From a virus (taxonomy: Duplodnaviria; Caudoviricetes): a stretch of DNA of 30,825 bases. The notes under the pieces were generated by a model. That model searched no databases and was not told the DNA's origin. It saw only the letters and a program-made list of their open reading frames with translations. The DNA lies in IMG/VR virus record IMGVR_UViG_3300032329_000628, positions 1 through 30,825 of that record; one strand, 5' to 3'. Below are positions 16,964 to 25,175 of the stretch, piece by piece (within the stretch, counting starts at the first letter, position 1; each line of letters starts with the position of its first letter). The translations under genes and the position numbers were made by a program.

Positions 16964-17253
16964 AAGGCTTGAGGTGTTCCAACTGTTACAAAGCCGACAG
17001 AATAAAGTGCACCGTTAATGGAAACGATGTATTTCTGGTCGGAAACAAATTCAATTTCTGTTCCATTTTCGGTAACTTTTACTTTGTAGGAGTTTTTTGA
17101 ATCGCCATTTGTTGGTTCAATCAACGTGGTTCTTTTGAAATTTTCATCAAGATCGTCGGCTTTGATGCTACGGGGAGGTTTATTTTGTCCAGGCGTATCG
17201 CGTTCTTTTAGGTAATCAGAAAAAATTACCAGCCCGTTTTTATTTTTTCCCAT
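16960..17253 (-). CDS. Minor tail protein (hypothetical)
   Basis: Position and coupling. Confidence 0.6.
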   Translation of the reverse strand: MGKNKNGLVIFSDYLKERDTPGQNKPPRSIKADDLDENFKRTTLIEPTNGDSKNSYKVKVTENGTEIEFVSDQKYIVSINGALYSVGFVTVGTPQAL

Positions 17254-17258
17254 AGAAA

Positions 17259-17846
17259 TTAAGCCGAGTAACCAGAGCTATCTGTTGCAAAAAACTTCAA
17301 CTCCCAAATAAACTCAAGCTCGTAAATGTTTCCAAGCTGCGTAGTGTTTTCGCCAACAAGAACCATGCTGGGTTTTGCTACTGGGTAATCTCCCGACGTA
17401 TAAACAGAACCCGATGTTGCTCTTCCATTGTAGTCGGTAATGTAAATTGCATCAGGGTCCATATACACAGCAGAATTATAAATGCTTTCCCCAATCGTCG
17501 TGGAACTTGCATCGTTTGAAACCGTGTAGATTTTGTTAAACTTTTTAATAAAACCAAATCTTATACCACCATTGCTGTAACTTCCGGCAACCGACGAAAC
17601 AATCACGGTTGGAATAAAACGTCCTTTTTTTACAATATATTCGGTGACTTTGTAAGCGGTCAGGCCATTCTGCCGCGACCATGTCACTTGAGTGGGATGC
17701 AGATCCTCAAAGTATTTGAATCTTCCAGCATTGTTAGGGTCCGTGGTCGTTATGTAAGTCGATTCCCTCTGTACAATTCCAGAGGGGCGTGTGAACTGAC
17801 TCACGTCCTGCAAGATCAATTCATTTTTTGCGCCGAGGTAAATCAT
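17259..17846 (-). CDS. Tail protein after the tape measure gene (distal-tail position)
   Basis: Position; beta-rich sequence. Confidence 0.65.
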   Translation of the reverse strand: MIYLGAKNELILQDVSQFTRPSGIVQRESTYITTTDPNNAGRFKYFEDLHPTQVTWSRQNGLTAYKVTEYIVKKGRFIPTVIVSSVAGSYSNGGIRFGFIKKFNKIYTVSNDASSTTIGESIYNSAVYMDPDAIYITDYNGRATSGSVYTSGDYPVAKPSMVLVGENTTQLGNIYELEFIWELKFFATDSSGYSA

Positions 17847-17847
17847 T

Positions 17848-19875
17848 TTAGGAAAGGGCGTGAACGGGTAAGCTGTCTTTCAAAAACCTCATGTAATCGC
17901 CTTTCAAAAACGATGTAATGGTGTTGAGATCGCTTTTTATACTGTTTGAAAGTTTTTCCATTGGATCAACTTGTGCAGATGCTTTTGCACCAGAGCTTCC
18001 ATTTCCAGAAGGGCCGCCGGTTTTGTTGATTGAGTCTGATATGGTTCCATCGTTTATATCTGATTGCGCGTTTTGTTTTGCATTCCACCAGTCGTATCCC
18101 ACTTTTTGATAATATTCTGTACGTTTTTTCAATATGGCTTCTGGTGTTTGATCATTATAAAACGCCCCATTGGCTTCGGCTCGATTGCGATATTGAGAAC
18201 CACCATATGCTCCATTAGCAACTGCCAGATCGTGTTCCTGCATGGCTTGAGTTCTTTCTGCCCTTTCGCGCATTAGAGAAGCGGCTCCCTCAAAGTTTCC
18301 AGTCCTTTGAGCCGTCGCGATGCGGGAATCGTAAATCCTTCCCATTGCTGAAGTGATTCCCATAGAAGACCCGGCAAGCAGCTCCTGCATATCAAGGCCC
18401 ATGTTTTGCGTGTTCTTATAAAGGCCTGTGTTGATGGATGCGGGATCGATGATCGGAGCCATCTTGGCTTTCCAACTTGCCCCACCGATGCCACTTCCAC
18501 CTCCACCACCGGTTGAATCCGTTGATGCGGTTTCCGTAGCTGGCTTTTCAGGATGCTTGGCGGTTTCCTCGTTTTGTTTTTTGATCAGTTCGTTGAGTTC
18601 TTTTTGGGATTTTACGGTATCAAAAAAGTTTTCTTTGTTTTTGTAACTGGCCTCGGCTGCGGCCATTGCATCATCGGCGATGTCGGAATAGGACTTTGAG
18701 GTTTTCTCAACTTGGGTGGAAAACTCTCCCTGAACATATTTTAGTTCGGCCAATGCAAGCCCCACCGAAGGAAGATCCATGCGGAGCGCGGCCACCGTGA
18801 GTTTCACCCAGGCATTGGCAGCCGTTCCAGCTTGAAGAAACGCTTCCTTCAGCGTATTGAAAATGAATTTACCGGCATCGGCAAAAGCCTGATACATCCC
18901 TCGAAATAAAGGAGCATCCGTTGCAAAGGACTCTAGGGCAAACGTACCGACACCGACAAAAGCCGCTTTGAGAACCCGCATGATCTCATTACCCATTTTC
19001 TCAGCGTAAATCGTCGTCGTGGCAAGGGCGACTTCCCACGCTGCTTTGAAATTTCCTTCTTTGAGATCATTTGCAAATGCCTTCAATGGTTCACCCATGT
19101 TGGCTGTCAGTTGTTTTCCAAAGTTGGCGGCGTCAAAGTTTGCCACGATGTCCGCCAGTCCCTGGAGTCCTCCGGTCACGTTGCTGAGTGCGCCAACAGC
19201 AAACTCAGTCATTTTGTGACCGACACTTTTTTCAATCGTATTGCCTAACTTTTCCAATTCCTCGGAGGACATTCCCATGATGCCGGAATAAGAACCAAGC
19301 TGTCCCTTGGATTCTTCCACTTTTTCATCAAAGTGGGTGAAGAGTTCCATCAGCTTGCCACCTGATTTGCCAAAAATCGCCATGCTGGCGGCAGCCCTCT
19401 CGCTCGGATCGGAGATTGAAGCCACGGCCTTTCCCACTGCTTCCAGTTGCTGATCCGGGGAAAGCTTTTTAAGCTCAGACATACTAAGTCCGAGACCGGC
19501 AATGTGATAAGCGGCCTCACTGCCGTTGTCGGAGGCTTCAACCAGATACTTTTGCATCTTATTGACCACCTTGCCCATGTCGTCGGCTTGTTGACCGGAA
19601 AGCTCAAAGGCACGGCCAAGGACTCCCAGCTTATCAACAGCAATCCCGGTTTGGTCGGAAAGCTCGTTAAGCTTTGCCGCTTCATCCATTGCTTGCTTGA
19701 AACTTTCAACAACTTTTTTCAAGGATTCAAAGCCAAGATACATTTCCGCCAGCTTCTTGGTATGCTCCATGAGAGCATCGCCAAGTTCTTTGCCAGCCTT
19801 TCCGACTTCTTGAAAAGATCCGATGACGGCACTTTTGCCATCAACTCCTAGTGTTACTGAAATATCAGCGGCCAT
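17848..19875 (-). CDS. Tail tape measure protein
   Basis: 675 aa, A/G-rich and helical; LSDQTG...AMAIFGKSG motifs. Confidence 0.9.
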   Translation of the reverse strand: MAADISVTLGVDGKSAVIGSFQEVGKAGKELGDALMEHTKKLAEMYLGFESLKKVVESFKQAMDEAAKLNELSDQTGIAVDKLGVLGRAFELSGQQADDMGKVVNKMQKYLVEASDNGSEAAYHIAGLGLSMSELKKLSPDQQLEAVGKAVASISDPSERAAASMAIFGKSGGKLMELFTHFDEKVEESKGQLGSYSGIMGMSSEELEKLGNTIEKSVGHKMTEFAVGALSNVTGGLQGLADIVANFDAANFGKQLTANMGEPLKAFANDLKEGNFKAAWEVALATTTIYAEKMGNEIMRVLKAAFVGVGTFALESFATDAPLFRGMYQAFADAGKFIFNTLKEAFLQAGTAANAWVKLTVAALRMDLPSVGLALAELKYVQGEFSTQVEKTSKSYSDIADDAMAAAEASYKNKENFFDTVKSQKELNELIKKQNEETAKHPEKPATETASTDSTGGGGGSGIGGASWKAKMAPIIDPASINTGLYKNTQNMGLDMQELLAGSSMGITSAMGRIYDSRIATAQRTGNFEGAASLMRERAERTQAMQEHDLAVANGAYGGSQYRNRAEANGAFYNDQTPEAILKKRTEYYQKVGYDWWNAKQNAQSDINDGTISDSINKTGGPSGNGSSGAKASAQVDPMEKLSNSIKSDLNTITSFLKGDYMRFLKDSLPVHALS

Positions 19876-19892
19876 ATCTCAAAGGGATTGAG

Positions 19893-20732
19893 TCAAAAAG
19901 GTTGCCCTTCGGCTTTTTTCAACGCGGCCTTGATTTCATATCCCATGCTTTTAAAAAACTTTTCACGCGAGATTCTGATGGCTTCCTTGTGGTCAGCGGG
20001 ACGCAGCGCCTTGTCGGCCCATGGGATCTTGGAGGTCAATGTGATGTGCGGAAGCAATCCCTCACTTTTGTCCGTCACGGCATGAGGGACGCGGGAAACA
20101 TGACGCTTTACCCATGCCGGTATGCCTCGAAGGGCATCTTTCACGTCGGCATTGACGTCTTGAGCGCAGGCCGCCCAGGCAGCCTTTGTCAGTCCGACCA
20201 GATCCTGACGGGCCGTGATGTAGGATTTTACCTCTTTGGAATCCATGACCACAATCCGGCTTTTCCATTTTTTGCGAACTCGCCCGTAATCATTACGAGT
20301 TCTTTTGTGAATGGAGGGATCAACCGACCGGTCAAAGAGTAAATTGCTAAAAGTCGGAAAGTGACCAAGAATGGATTTTAATTTGGCGGGATCGGACGCT
20401 TTGATAGCGGAAAGTACGGCCAATTTGAGCCGAGGGCTTTTGGTGATGTATTTCTCAATCTGTTCTTTGAAACTTAAAGCACGAGAGGGATGTTTTAAGG
20501 AAATGGGTTTGGATGGAGTGTAGACTCTGATGATGTCGTTCTGAACGGCAGTCTCACCTTTTTTTTGTGCTTTTTTGTCTGATCCATAAGGAGGAACGGA
20601 ATAAGCCAGATTCACTCCCAAAAGTCGGGCACCTCGGCGGAGCGATCCGGAAATCTCTTTGCCGGTGACTTCTTCGTAACGCCTCATGCGTTTGAGAAGC
20701 CTGCTAAAATCCACTTCGGTTTTCTTTGCCAT
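19893..20732 (-). CDS. Basic putative tail-completion/neck protein
   Basis: K/R-rich 279-aa ORF in the tail module; loose HK97-gp10-like character. Confidence 0.5.
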   Translation of the reverse strand: MAKKTEVDFSRLLKRMRRYEEVTGKEISGSLRRGARLLGVNLAYSVPPYGSDKKAQKKGETAVQNDIIRVYTPSKPISLKHPSRALSFKEQIEKYITKSPRLKLAVLSAIKASDPAKLKSILGHFPTFSNLLFDRSVDPSIHKRTRNDYGRVRKKWKSRIVVMDSKEVKSYITARQDLVGLTKAAWAACAQDVNADVKDALRGIPAWVKRHVSRVPHAVTDKSEGLLPHITLTSKIPWADKALRPADHKEAIRISREKFFKSMGYEIKAALKKAEGQPF

Positions 20733-20817
20733 ATCCACTGATCACCGGCTGTCAAAACATGGGAAAAGCTTGGTTTTTGTTATTTACAGAAACCGACTTT
20801 TTAGCGAAATTCCACTC

Positions 20818-21675
20818 ATGAGCTTCTCCGTATCCGAGCCGATGCTGGCGGCCAATTTCCACATCTTTTCAGGAGTGGAACTGCCCCTCATGGCGTCACC
20901 TAAATATGACGGCATCCGGTGCTTGATTGTGGAGAGAGATGGAAAACCAGCAGCCGTGACCAGGACAATGAAACCAATCCCCAATCTCGCCACACGCCTC
21001 TGGCTAGAGAAAAACTGTCTTATCGGATTCGACGGGGAGCTGGTCGTTAAGGGAGAGGACTTTCACAGCACCTCCTCGGCCATTATGTCTCGAAATGGAA
21101 AGCCCGACTTCCTGTATGCCATCTTTGATTACATTGACCCAAAGGTTGCCACGCCTCTTTCAACTGCCTTTTCTGATCGGATTGCCGCGCTGGATCACGT
21201 TCTATCGACGCTGAATCTTTCCGGTCGTGTCATCCGGATTGAGCAGACCCTTGTGGAGTGCATGACGGAACTCACCCCACTGATGCAACAGGCATTCAAT
21301 GACAATCATGAGGGCCTTGTGATCCGGCGACCTGATGGCCAATACAAGACGGGACGTTCCACTTCAGAGGAGGGCCTGATGCTCAAGCTAAAGCCCTATG
21401 AGGACGCCGAAGCGGAAATCGTAGGCATGGAGCCGGAGCGCAGTGATCTCTTCACCGATGACCGGCTTGGCTCTTTTTTCGTGCGCCTGAAAAGTGACCC
21501 GTCCATCCGGTTCCATGTCGGGACGGGGCTTTCCGACCAGCAGCGCGGAGAGTTTTGGAACAGGCGTTCCAGTTTGATGGGCAAGATGATCCGGTTCCAG
21601 TATCAGTCACGCGGCATGAAGTCCGCGCCACGCTTCCCCGTTTTCCAAGGACTCCGTGATGAAGCCGACTTCTAA
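20818..21675 (+). CDS. Minimal ATP-dependent DNA ligase (Chlorella-virus-like)
   Basis: Motif I PKYDGIR, III FDGE, IIIa IFDY, IV EGLVIR, V LKLK, VI PRFPVF.GLR. Confidence 0.93.
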   Translation: MSFSVSEPMLAANFHIFSGVELPLMASPKYDGIRCLIVERDGKPAAVTRTMKPIPNLATRLWLEKNCLIGFDGELVVKGEDFHSTSSAIMSRNGKPDFLYAIFDYIDPKVATPLSTAFSDRIAALDHVLSTLNLSGRVIRIEQTLVECMTELTPLMQQAFNDNHEGLVIRRPDGQYKTGRSTSEEGLMLKLKPYEDAEAEIVGMEPERSDLFTDDRLGSFFVRLKSDPSIRFHVGTGLSDQQRGEFWNRRSSLMGKMIRFQYQSRGMKSAPRFPVFQGLRDEADF

Positions 21676-21841
21676 TCACGGAGGATACAGGCCAGGATCG
21701 GGAAGAAAAAAGGGAAGCGGTAAAGGCCGTGTTTCGGTGTCCGGCTCCCTATCCATGCCAAGGGAAATGTGGGAACGCCTGGACAAAATCCGAAAGCCTC
21801 TATCCCGTGGCAAGTGGTTGGCTTTAGTCTTGTCCAAGTAA
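21659..21841 (+). CDS. Small DNA-binding protein (GGxRxGxGRK motif plus RHH-like)
   Basis: HGGYRPGSGRKK...VSGSLSMPREMWERLDKIR..SRGKWL; overlaps the ligase 3' end. Confidence 0.7.
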   Translation: MKPTSNHGGYRPGSGRKKGSGKGRVSVSGSLSMPREMWERLDKIRKPLSRGKWLALVLSK

Positions 21842-22024
21842 TCCCACCTTGATGATGTCATCGCTCCAGCGTAGCGATTTCCCGTCGTGCCAAACGTAGT
21901 AATCCAGTAGCCGGACGCCTTCGGTCAGTGGCAACTGCCAGAGGATGTAATCAAGCGACCAGGATGTCTTCTCAGCAAGTCTTGCGACGTAGCTGGTCAG
22001 CCAGCCCGGTCGCCAGCTTTTGGG
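21824..22024 (-). CDS. Tail assembly chaperone gpT-like extension reached by -1 frameshift
   Basis: Slippery C-CCA-AAA at 22018-22024; the -1 frame is open for 66 codons (SWRPGWLTSYVARLAEKTSWSLDYILWQLPL...) with no ATG of its own. Confidence 0.82.
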   Translation of the reverse strand, partial: PKSWRPGWLTSYVARLAEKTSWSLDYILWQLPLTEGVRLLDYYVWHDGKSLRWSDDIIKVGLLGQD

Positions 22025-22443
22025 TCGTTCTGACCTTCCGATCCCGATGCCTCACCCCTCACCGAGGTGCGGGCCTTGTTCATAAGCTGGATGGCTTCCA
22101 GCACCTTGGGGGTGGCCTCCTCGAACATCCACGGTTGGAGGGTGTAGAGAAAATCAATGACGGCCACGCGGAAGGCCCCCTTTTTGTAAGCCAGCTTCTT
22201 CATTTCTGCCTGTGGGCGGGTTTGGCAGTAAAGCACCGCTGCAATGTCGTAGGGAATAGAATCACTCTGTCCAAGCAGCACATTGACTCCAGCCTCCACC
22301 ATCAGGGCAAAATCTCCAGCCGTGATGGGGCGCATGGTCATCTCGGCAACCTCGTCCTCTCTTTTCAGAAGATTGGCATCAAGGGCTTTGTTCCGAGCTT
22401 CCGTTGTGTCCTCGTTCAGATCTGGCGTCATGTCATCACTCAT
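21997..22443 (-). CDS. Tail assembly chaperone (gpG-like)
   Basis: Lies between the major tail and tape measure genes; MRPIT motif; slippery site near the 3' end. Confidence 0.78.
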   Translation of the reverse strand: MSDDMTPDLNEDTTEARNKALDANLLKREDEVAEMTMRPITAGDFALMVEAGVNVLLGQSDSIPYDIAAVLYCQTRPQAEMKKLAYKKGAFRVAVIDFLYTLQPWMFEEATPKVLEAIQLMNKARTSVRGEASGSEGQNDPKAGDRAG

Positions 22444-22526
22444 ATTCGGGTTTTTTTGGGTTGTGTTTACGGCATCAACACATCCAGAAGGCGTGTTGAA
22501 AAATCTGGCTTTTGTAGACGCATTGC

Positions 22527-22943
22527 TCAGGAAGCCATTTCGGCCAGCCGGTTGCGCTCGTTGCGGCCTAGCTTTGGAGAGATCACAAGCCGCTTGTCAC
22601 CACGATTGGCCAGAGACCCATTGGGAACCTTGTGGCTTTCCGAAATGATGTGATGCCTGGAGAACATCGCCTCGCGGGCCACTAGGAAGCAGACCATGTT
22701 GTCTGGACGCTCAAGCCCCTCTCCGAGTGGGTTTTCCCATGCGGTCAAGAAAGCAACGATGTCCTCACCATCCGTGTTGCGAGTCTCAAAGTGCCAAGTA
22801 AAACTTTCCCTCCCTTGGCTGTCGGTCATCCGAGTGCATTCGGAATACGGCTTAAATGCAAATCCCGCAGCGTGAAGCGAGATGGCCAATTTCATGTCGC
22901 TGGTGGAAAACCAGCTTCCCTCACAATTTGGTTCTTCAGGCAT
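22527..22943 (-). CDS. Hypothetical protein
   Basis: 138-aa ORF; FSTSDMKLAISL start. Confidence 0.6.
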   Translation of the reverse strand: MPEEPNCEGSWFSTSDMKLAISLHAAGFAFKPYSECTRMTDSQGRESFTWHFETRNTDGEDIVAFLTAWENPLGEGLERPDNMVCFLVAREAMFSRHHIISESHKVPNGSLANRGDKRLVISPKLGRNERNRLAEMAS

Positions 22944-22952
22944 GGGTTTATT

Positions 22953-22981
22953 AAAAAAGTTGCCCCCTTTAAGCCGGGGGC
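22953..22981 (-). terminator. Rho-independent terminator after the major tail gene
   Basis: GCCCCC-GGCTTAAA-GGGGGC-AAC-TTTTTT on the minus strand. Confidence 0.6.
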
Positions 22982-22998
22982 CTTGGCTTTGAAATTGA

Positions 22999-23370
22999 TT
23001 AAGTCGTGATCAGCGGGTAGCGGGTCGCGCTGACCGAGATCTCCTTGAAGCCGTCGGGCTTCTTGCTGACTTGAACGGAGTCCACGATCACCAGTCCTGC
23101 GCTTACTCCACCGACTGCTTCGGTGTTAGCCAATGTCAGAGCAACTCCAACCGAGGACGCCACCACTCCCGTGGTGCCAGCAACCGTGCCGGAAACCGAA
23201 ATGGCGGCGCGGGGGTTGGTGACAGCGAGGAGCTTCACGTTCCCCGTCTCATCCTTGACCTCTGTCTTGTCGGAGGTGGTGTTGATGGAAAACGAGTTGA
23301 TGAGGATGCCGGTTTCAGCCGTGCAGCCGAAGCTGGTGCCAGTTGAAGTTCCGAGAAGAGTTGCGGCCAT
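22999..23370 (-). CDS. Major tail (tube) protein
   Basis: 123 aa, T/S/V/G-rich; A/C-rich leader; followed by a terminator. Confidence 0.72.
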   Translation of the reverse strand: MAATLLGTSTGTSFGCTAETGILINSFSINTTSDKTEVKDETGNVKLLAVTNPRAAISVSGTVAGTTGVVASSVGVALTLANTEAVGGVSAGLVIVDSVQVSKKPDGFKEISVSATRYPLITT

Positions 23371-23418
23371 AAGGTAGGTGGTTGGGAGTTACTTGGTTGA
23401 GTGGTGTCAAATCGCTCT

Positions 23419-23823
23419 TCAGTCCCTGACTCCAAGGGTCAGTTGGATCTCCGCCGTCCAGGCGTGGTTGTCCCGACTGGTGGAAATGGAATTGAGATAC
23501 GCCCCGGCAAGGTTTGGGGCGTCGGTGGATGGCCAGTTGGCGAACAGATAGCTCTGAAGCAATGCGTTCTTGATCGTCTCCAGCGTGGCGGAAAACTCGT
23601 TATAGGAGGTTTCTCCGAGGAGAGCCGGAGACATGACGCGAACAACCGCCTTGGCCGTGTAGAGGCCGATCCCAACCGATTGGAAGCTGTCCACCGAGAC
23701 AATGAGATTCAGGGACTCCGGCGTGAGTTCTTCGTAGTCGGTGCCGGTGTAGATCGTCGTGGTCGGGAAGGCCGAGGCATTCAGCGCGGACTTGAGAGCA
23801 GATTCTACGGCGAGAGGATTCAT
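23419..23823 (-). CDS. Putative tail terminator protein
   Basis: Position and size. Confidence 0.6.
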   Translation of the reverse strand: MNPLAVESALKSALNASAFPTTTIYTGTDYEELTPESLNLIVSVDSFQSVGIGLYTAKAVVRVMSPALLGETSYNEFSATLETIKNALLQSYLFANWPSTDAPNLAGAYLNSISTSRDNHAWTAEIQLTLGVRD

Positions 23824-23826
23824 GGC

Positions 23827-24153
23827 TTACTCGCGGACGGCGGTGATCAGGATCTCTGCCGAGAGAGGTGATCCCGGAAGGCTGGTGGAGGTTTCCACTC
23901 GGTAGATGACTCCTTCCTCAACTAGGGTGAGCTTGGTTCCGACCGCAGGACGGGCGGCGCGGGTCATCGGCCATCTAGCGCGGATGGATTTGTCGGTATT
24001 AAAGCCTCCGGTCTCTAGCGACATGGTCGGCTGTGGAACCGTGACATGGGCATAAAAGGCCGTTCCGGTGCCGAGCTGGATCAGCGTCCCCATCGCATCG
24101 GCGGCCACGTTGGCGGCACGGACTCGGAAAGCGGCAATCGAAGATCGGTTCAC
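23827..24153 (-). CDS. Putative head-closure/head-tail joining protein
   Basis: Follows the capsid gene; beta-rich; GTG start placed by TTTGAC spacing. Confidence 0.6.
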   Translation of the reverse strand: MNRSSIAAFRVRAANVAADAMGTLIQLGTGTAFYAHVTVPQPTMSLETGGFNTDKSIRARWPMTRAARPAVGTKLTLVEEGVIYRVETSTSLPGSPLSAEILITAVRE

Positions 24154-24180
24154 AGAGAAGCCGCGCCTGTCAAAAGCCAC

Positions 24181-24220
24181 AAAAAGCGAAAGGCCGCCTC
24201 CCGTGAAGGAAGCGGCCTTT
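24181..24220 (-). terminator. Rho-independent terminator after the major capsid gene
   Basis: AAAGGCCGCTTCC-TTCACG-GGAGGCGGCCTTT-CGCTTTTT on the minus strand. Confidence 0.8.
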
Positions 24221-24239
24221 GCTTGAGAACCTAAGAGAC

Positions 24240-25151
24240 TTAGGCGGTGATGAACTTTAGGGCCGATCCGTCGGCCTTGGCCGCACCGAAGATCACATCG
24301 AAGCTGCCGTAGAGGGAACGGCTGGAGAGCGATCCCCAGATGTTCATCTGAACGGACAGACCAAGATCAGCGATCTCGATCACCTCGCTCTGCTGGAGGA
24401 GACCAGCAACGGCGGGGTCGATGTACGGGATAGCGGAAGCCATAGCCAGAGCCTCTGGCGAAGCGGCAAAACCCTTCACTGTTTTCGTTGTCCCATTAAG
24501 GAGGGCGTCGCTGCCACCGGTGATTCCGGTCCAGCGGTTGTTGATGAACACGCCATCAAAACCGAAGGCGCCCTGGTTGCCCCAGTTAATGCTGTATCCG
24601 GTCTGCGGGAGCAGATACGCAATGTAGCTGCCGTCCAGAACGAGGTTCTTTGCCGTTCCGTCCTTGAGGGCGGAATACAGAGCAGGAAGACCCGCCGTGA
24701 TGAGCGTGTTGCCCAACTGACCACCGGTCGCCGTGCTGATCGCCGTGTTGTAAGCGGCTGTTCCGTAGGCGGACGTGGTGAGGGGTGTCAGGGCCGCGTC
24801 AATGATCGAGTTCGCCAGAGCGCGGAGGTTGGCCGTCATGACCTTCTCCAGCTTGAAGCCCTTGTTGAGCTGGTCGCTGGTGAGGCCAAATGTGGCCGAG
24901 TAGTGATTCATCGAGACAGCTGCTGCTGTCACGGTGTCACCCTGTGCCTCAAAGGAGGTTGGATTGGTCTGCGCGGCGGCGGCATTGCCGACGACACCGA
25001 CCTGAATGGTGCGACGGGCGGCGGATGCCACAACGTCACTGGAGAAGTCACTATTGAAAGCCTTGAGGGCCGCCAATTTTGACTGAAGCGTGGTCACGGC
25101 TGCCGCTGTTGCGGTGTCCACGACCAGGGCTGAGGAATAGCTGTTAGCCAT
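24240..25151 (-). CDS. Major capsid protein
   Basis: 303 aa, follows the scaffold gene; CCAA-rich leader and terminator; C-terminal FDVIFG; strongly biased codon usage. Confidence 0.82.
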   Translation of the reverse strand: MANSYSSALVVDTATAAAVTTLQSKLAALKAFNSDFSSDVVASAARRTIQVGVVGNAAAAQTNPTSFEAQGDTVTAAAVSMNHYSATFGLTSDQLNKGFKLEKVMTANLRALANSIIDAALTPLTTSAYGTAAYNTAISTATGGQLGNTLITAGLPALYSALKDGTAKNLVLDGSYIAYLLPQTGYSINWGNQGAFGFDGVFINNRWTGITGGSDALLNGTTKTVKGFAASPEALAMASAIPYIDPAVAGLLQQSEVIEIADLGLSVQMNIWGSLSSRSLYGSFDVIFGAAKADGSALKFITA

Positions 25152-25175
25152 AGTGTTGGTTGGTTGGGGTTGGGG

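Noticed and set aside
20686-20817. N-terminal extension or signal peptide on the ligase
   Set aside because: It overlaps the divergent gene and intergenic region; family similarity begins at the ATG at 20818.
21676-21861. 61-aa minus-strand ORF
   Set aside because: Shadow of the plus-strand DNA-binding gene.
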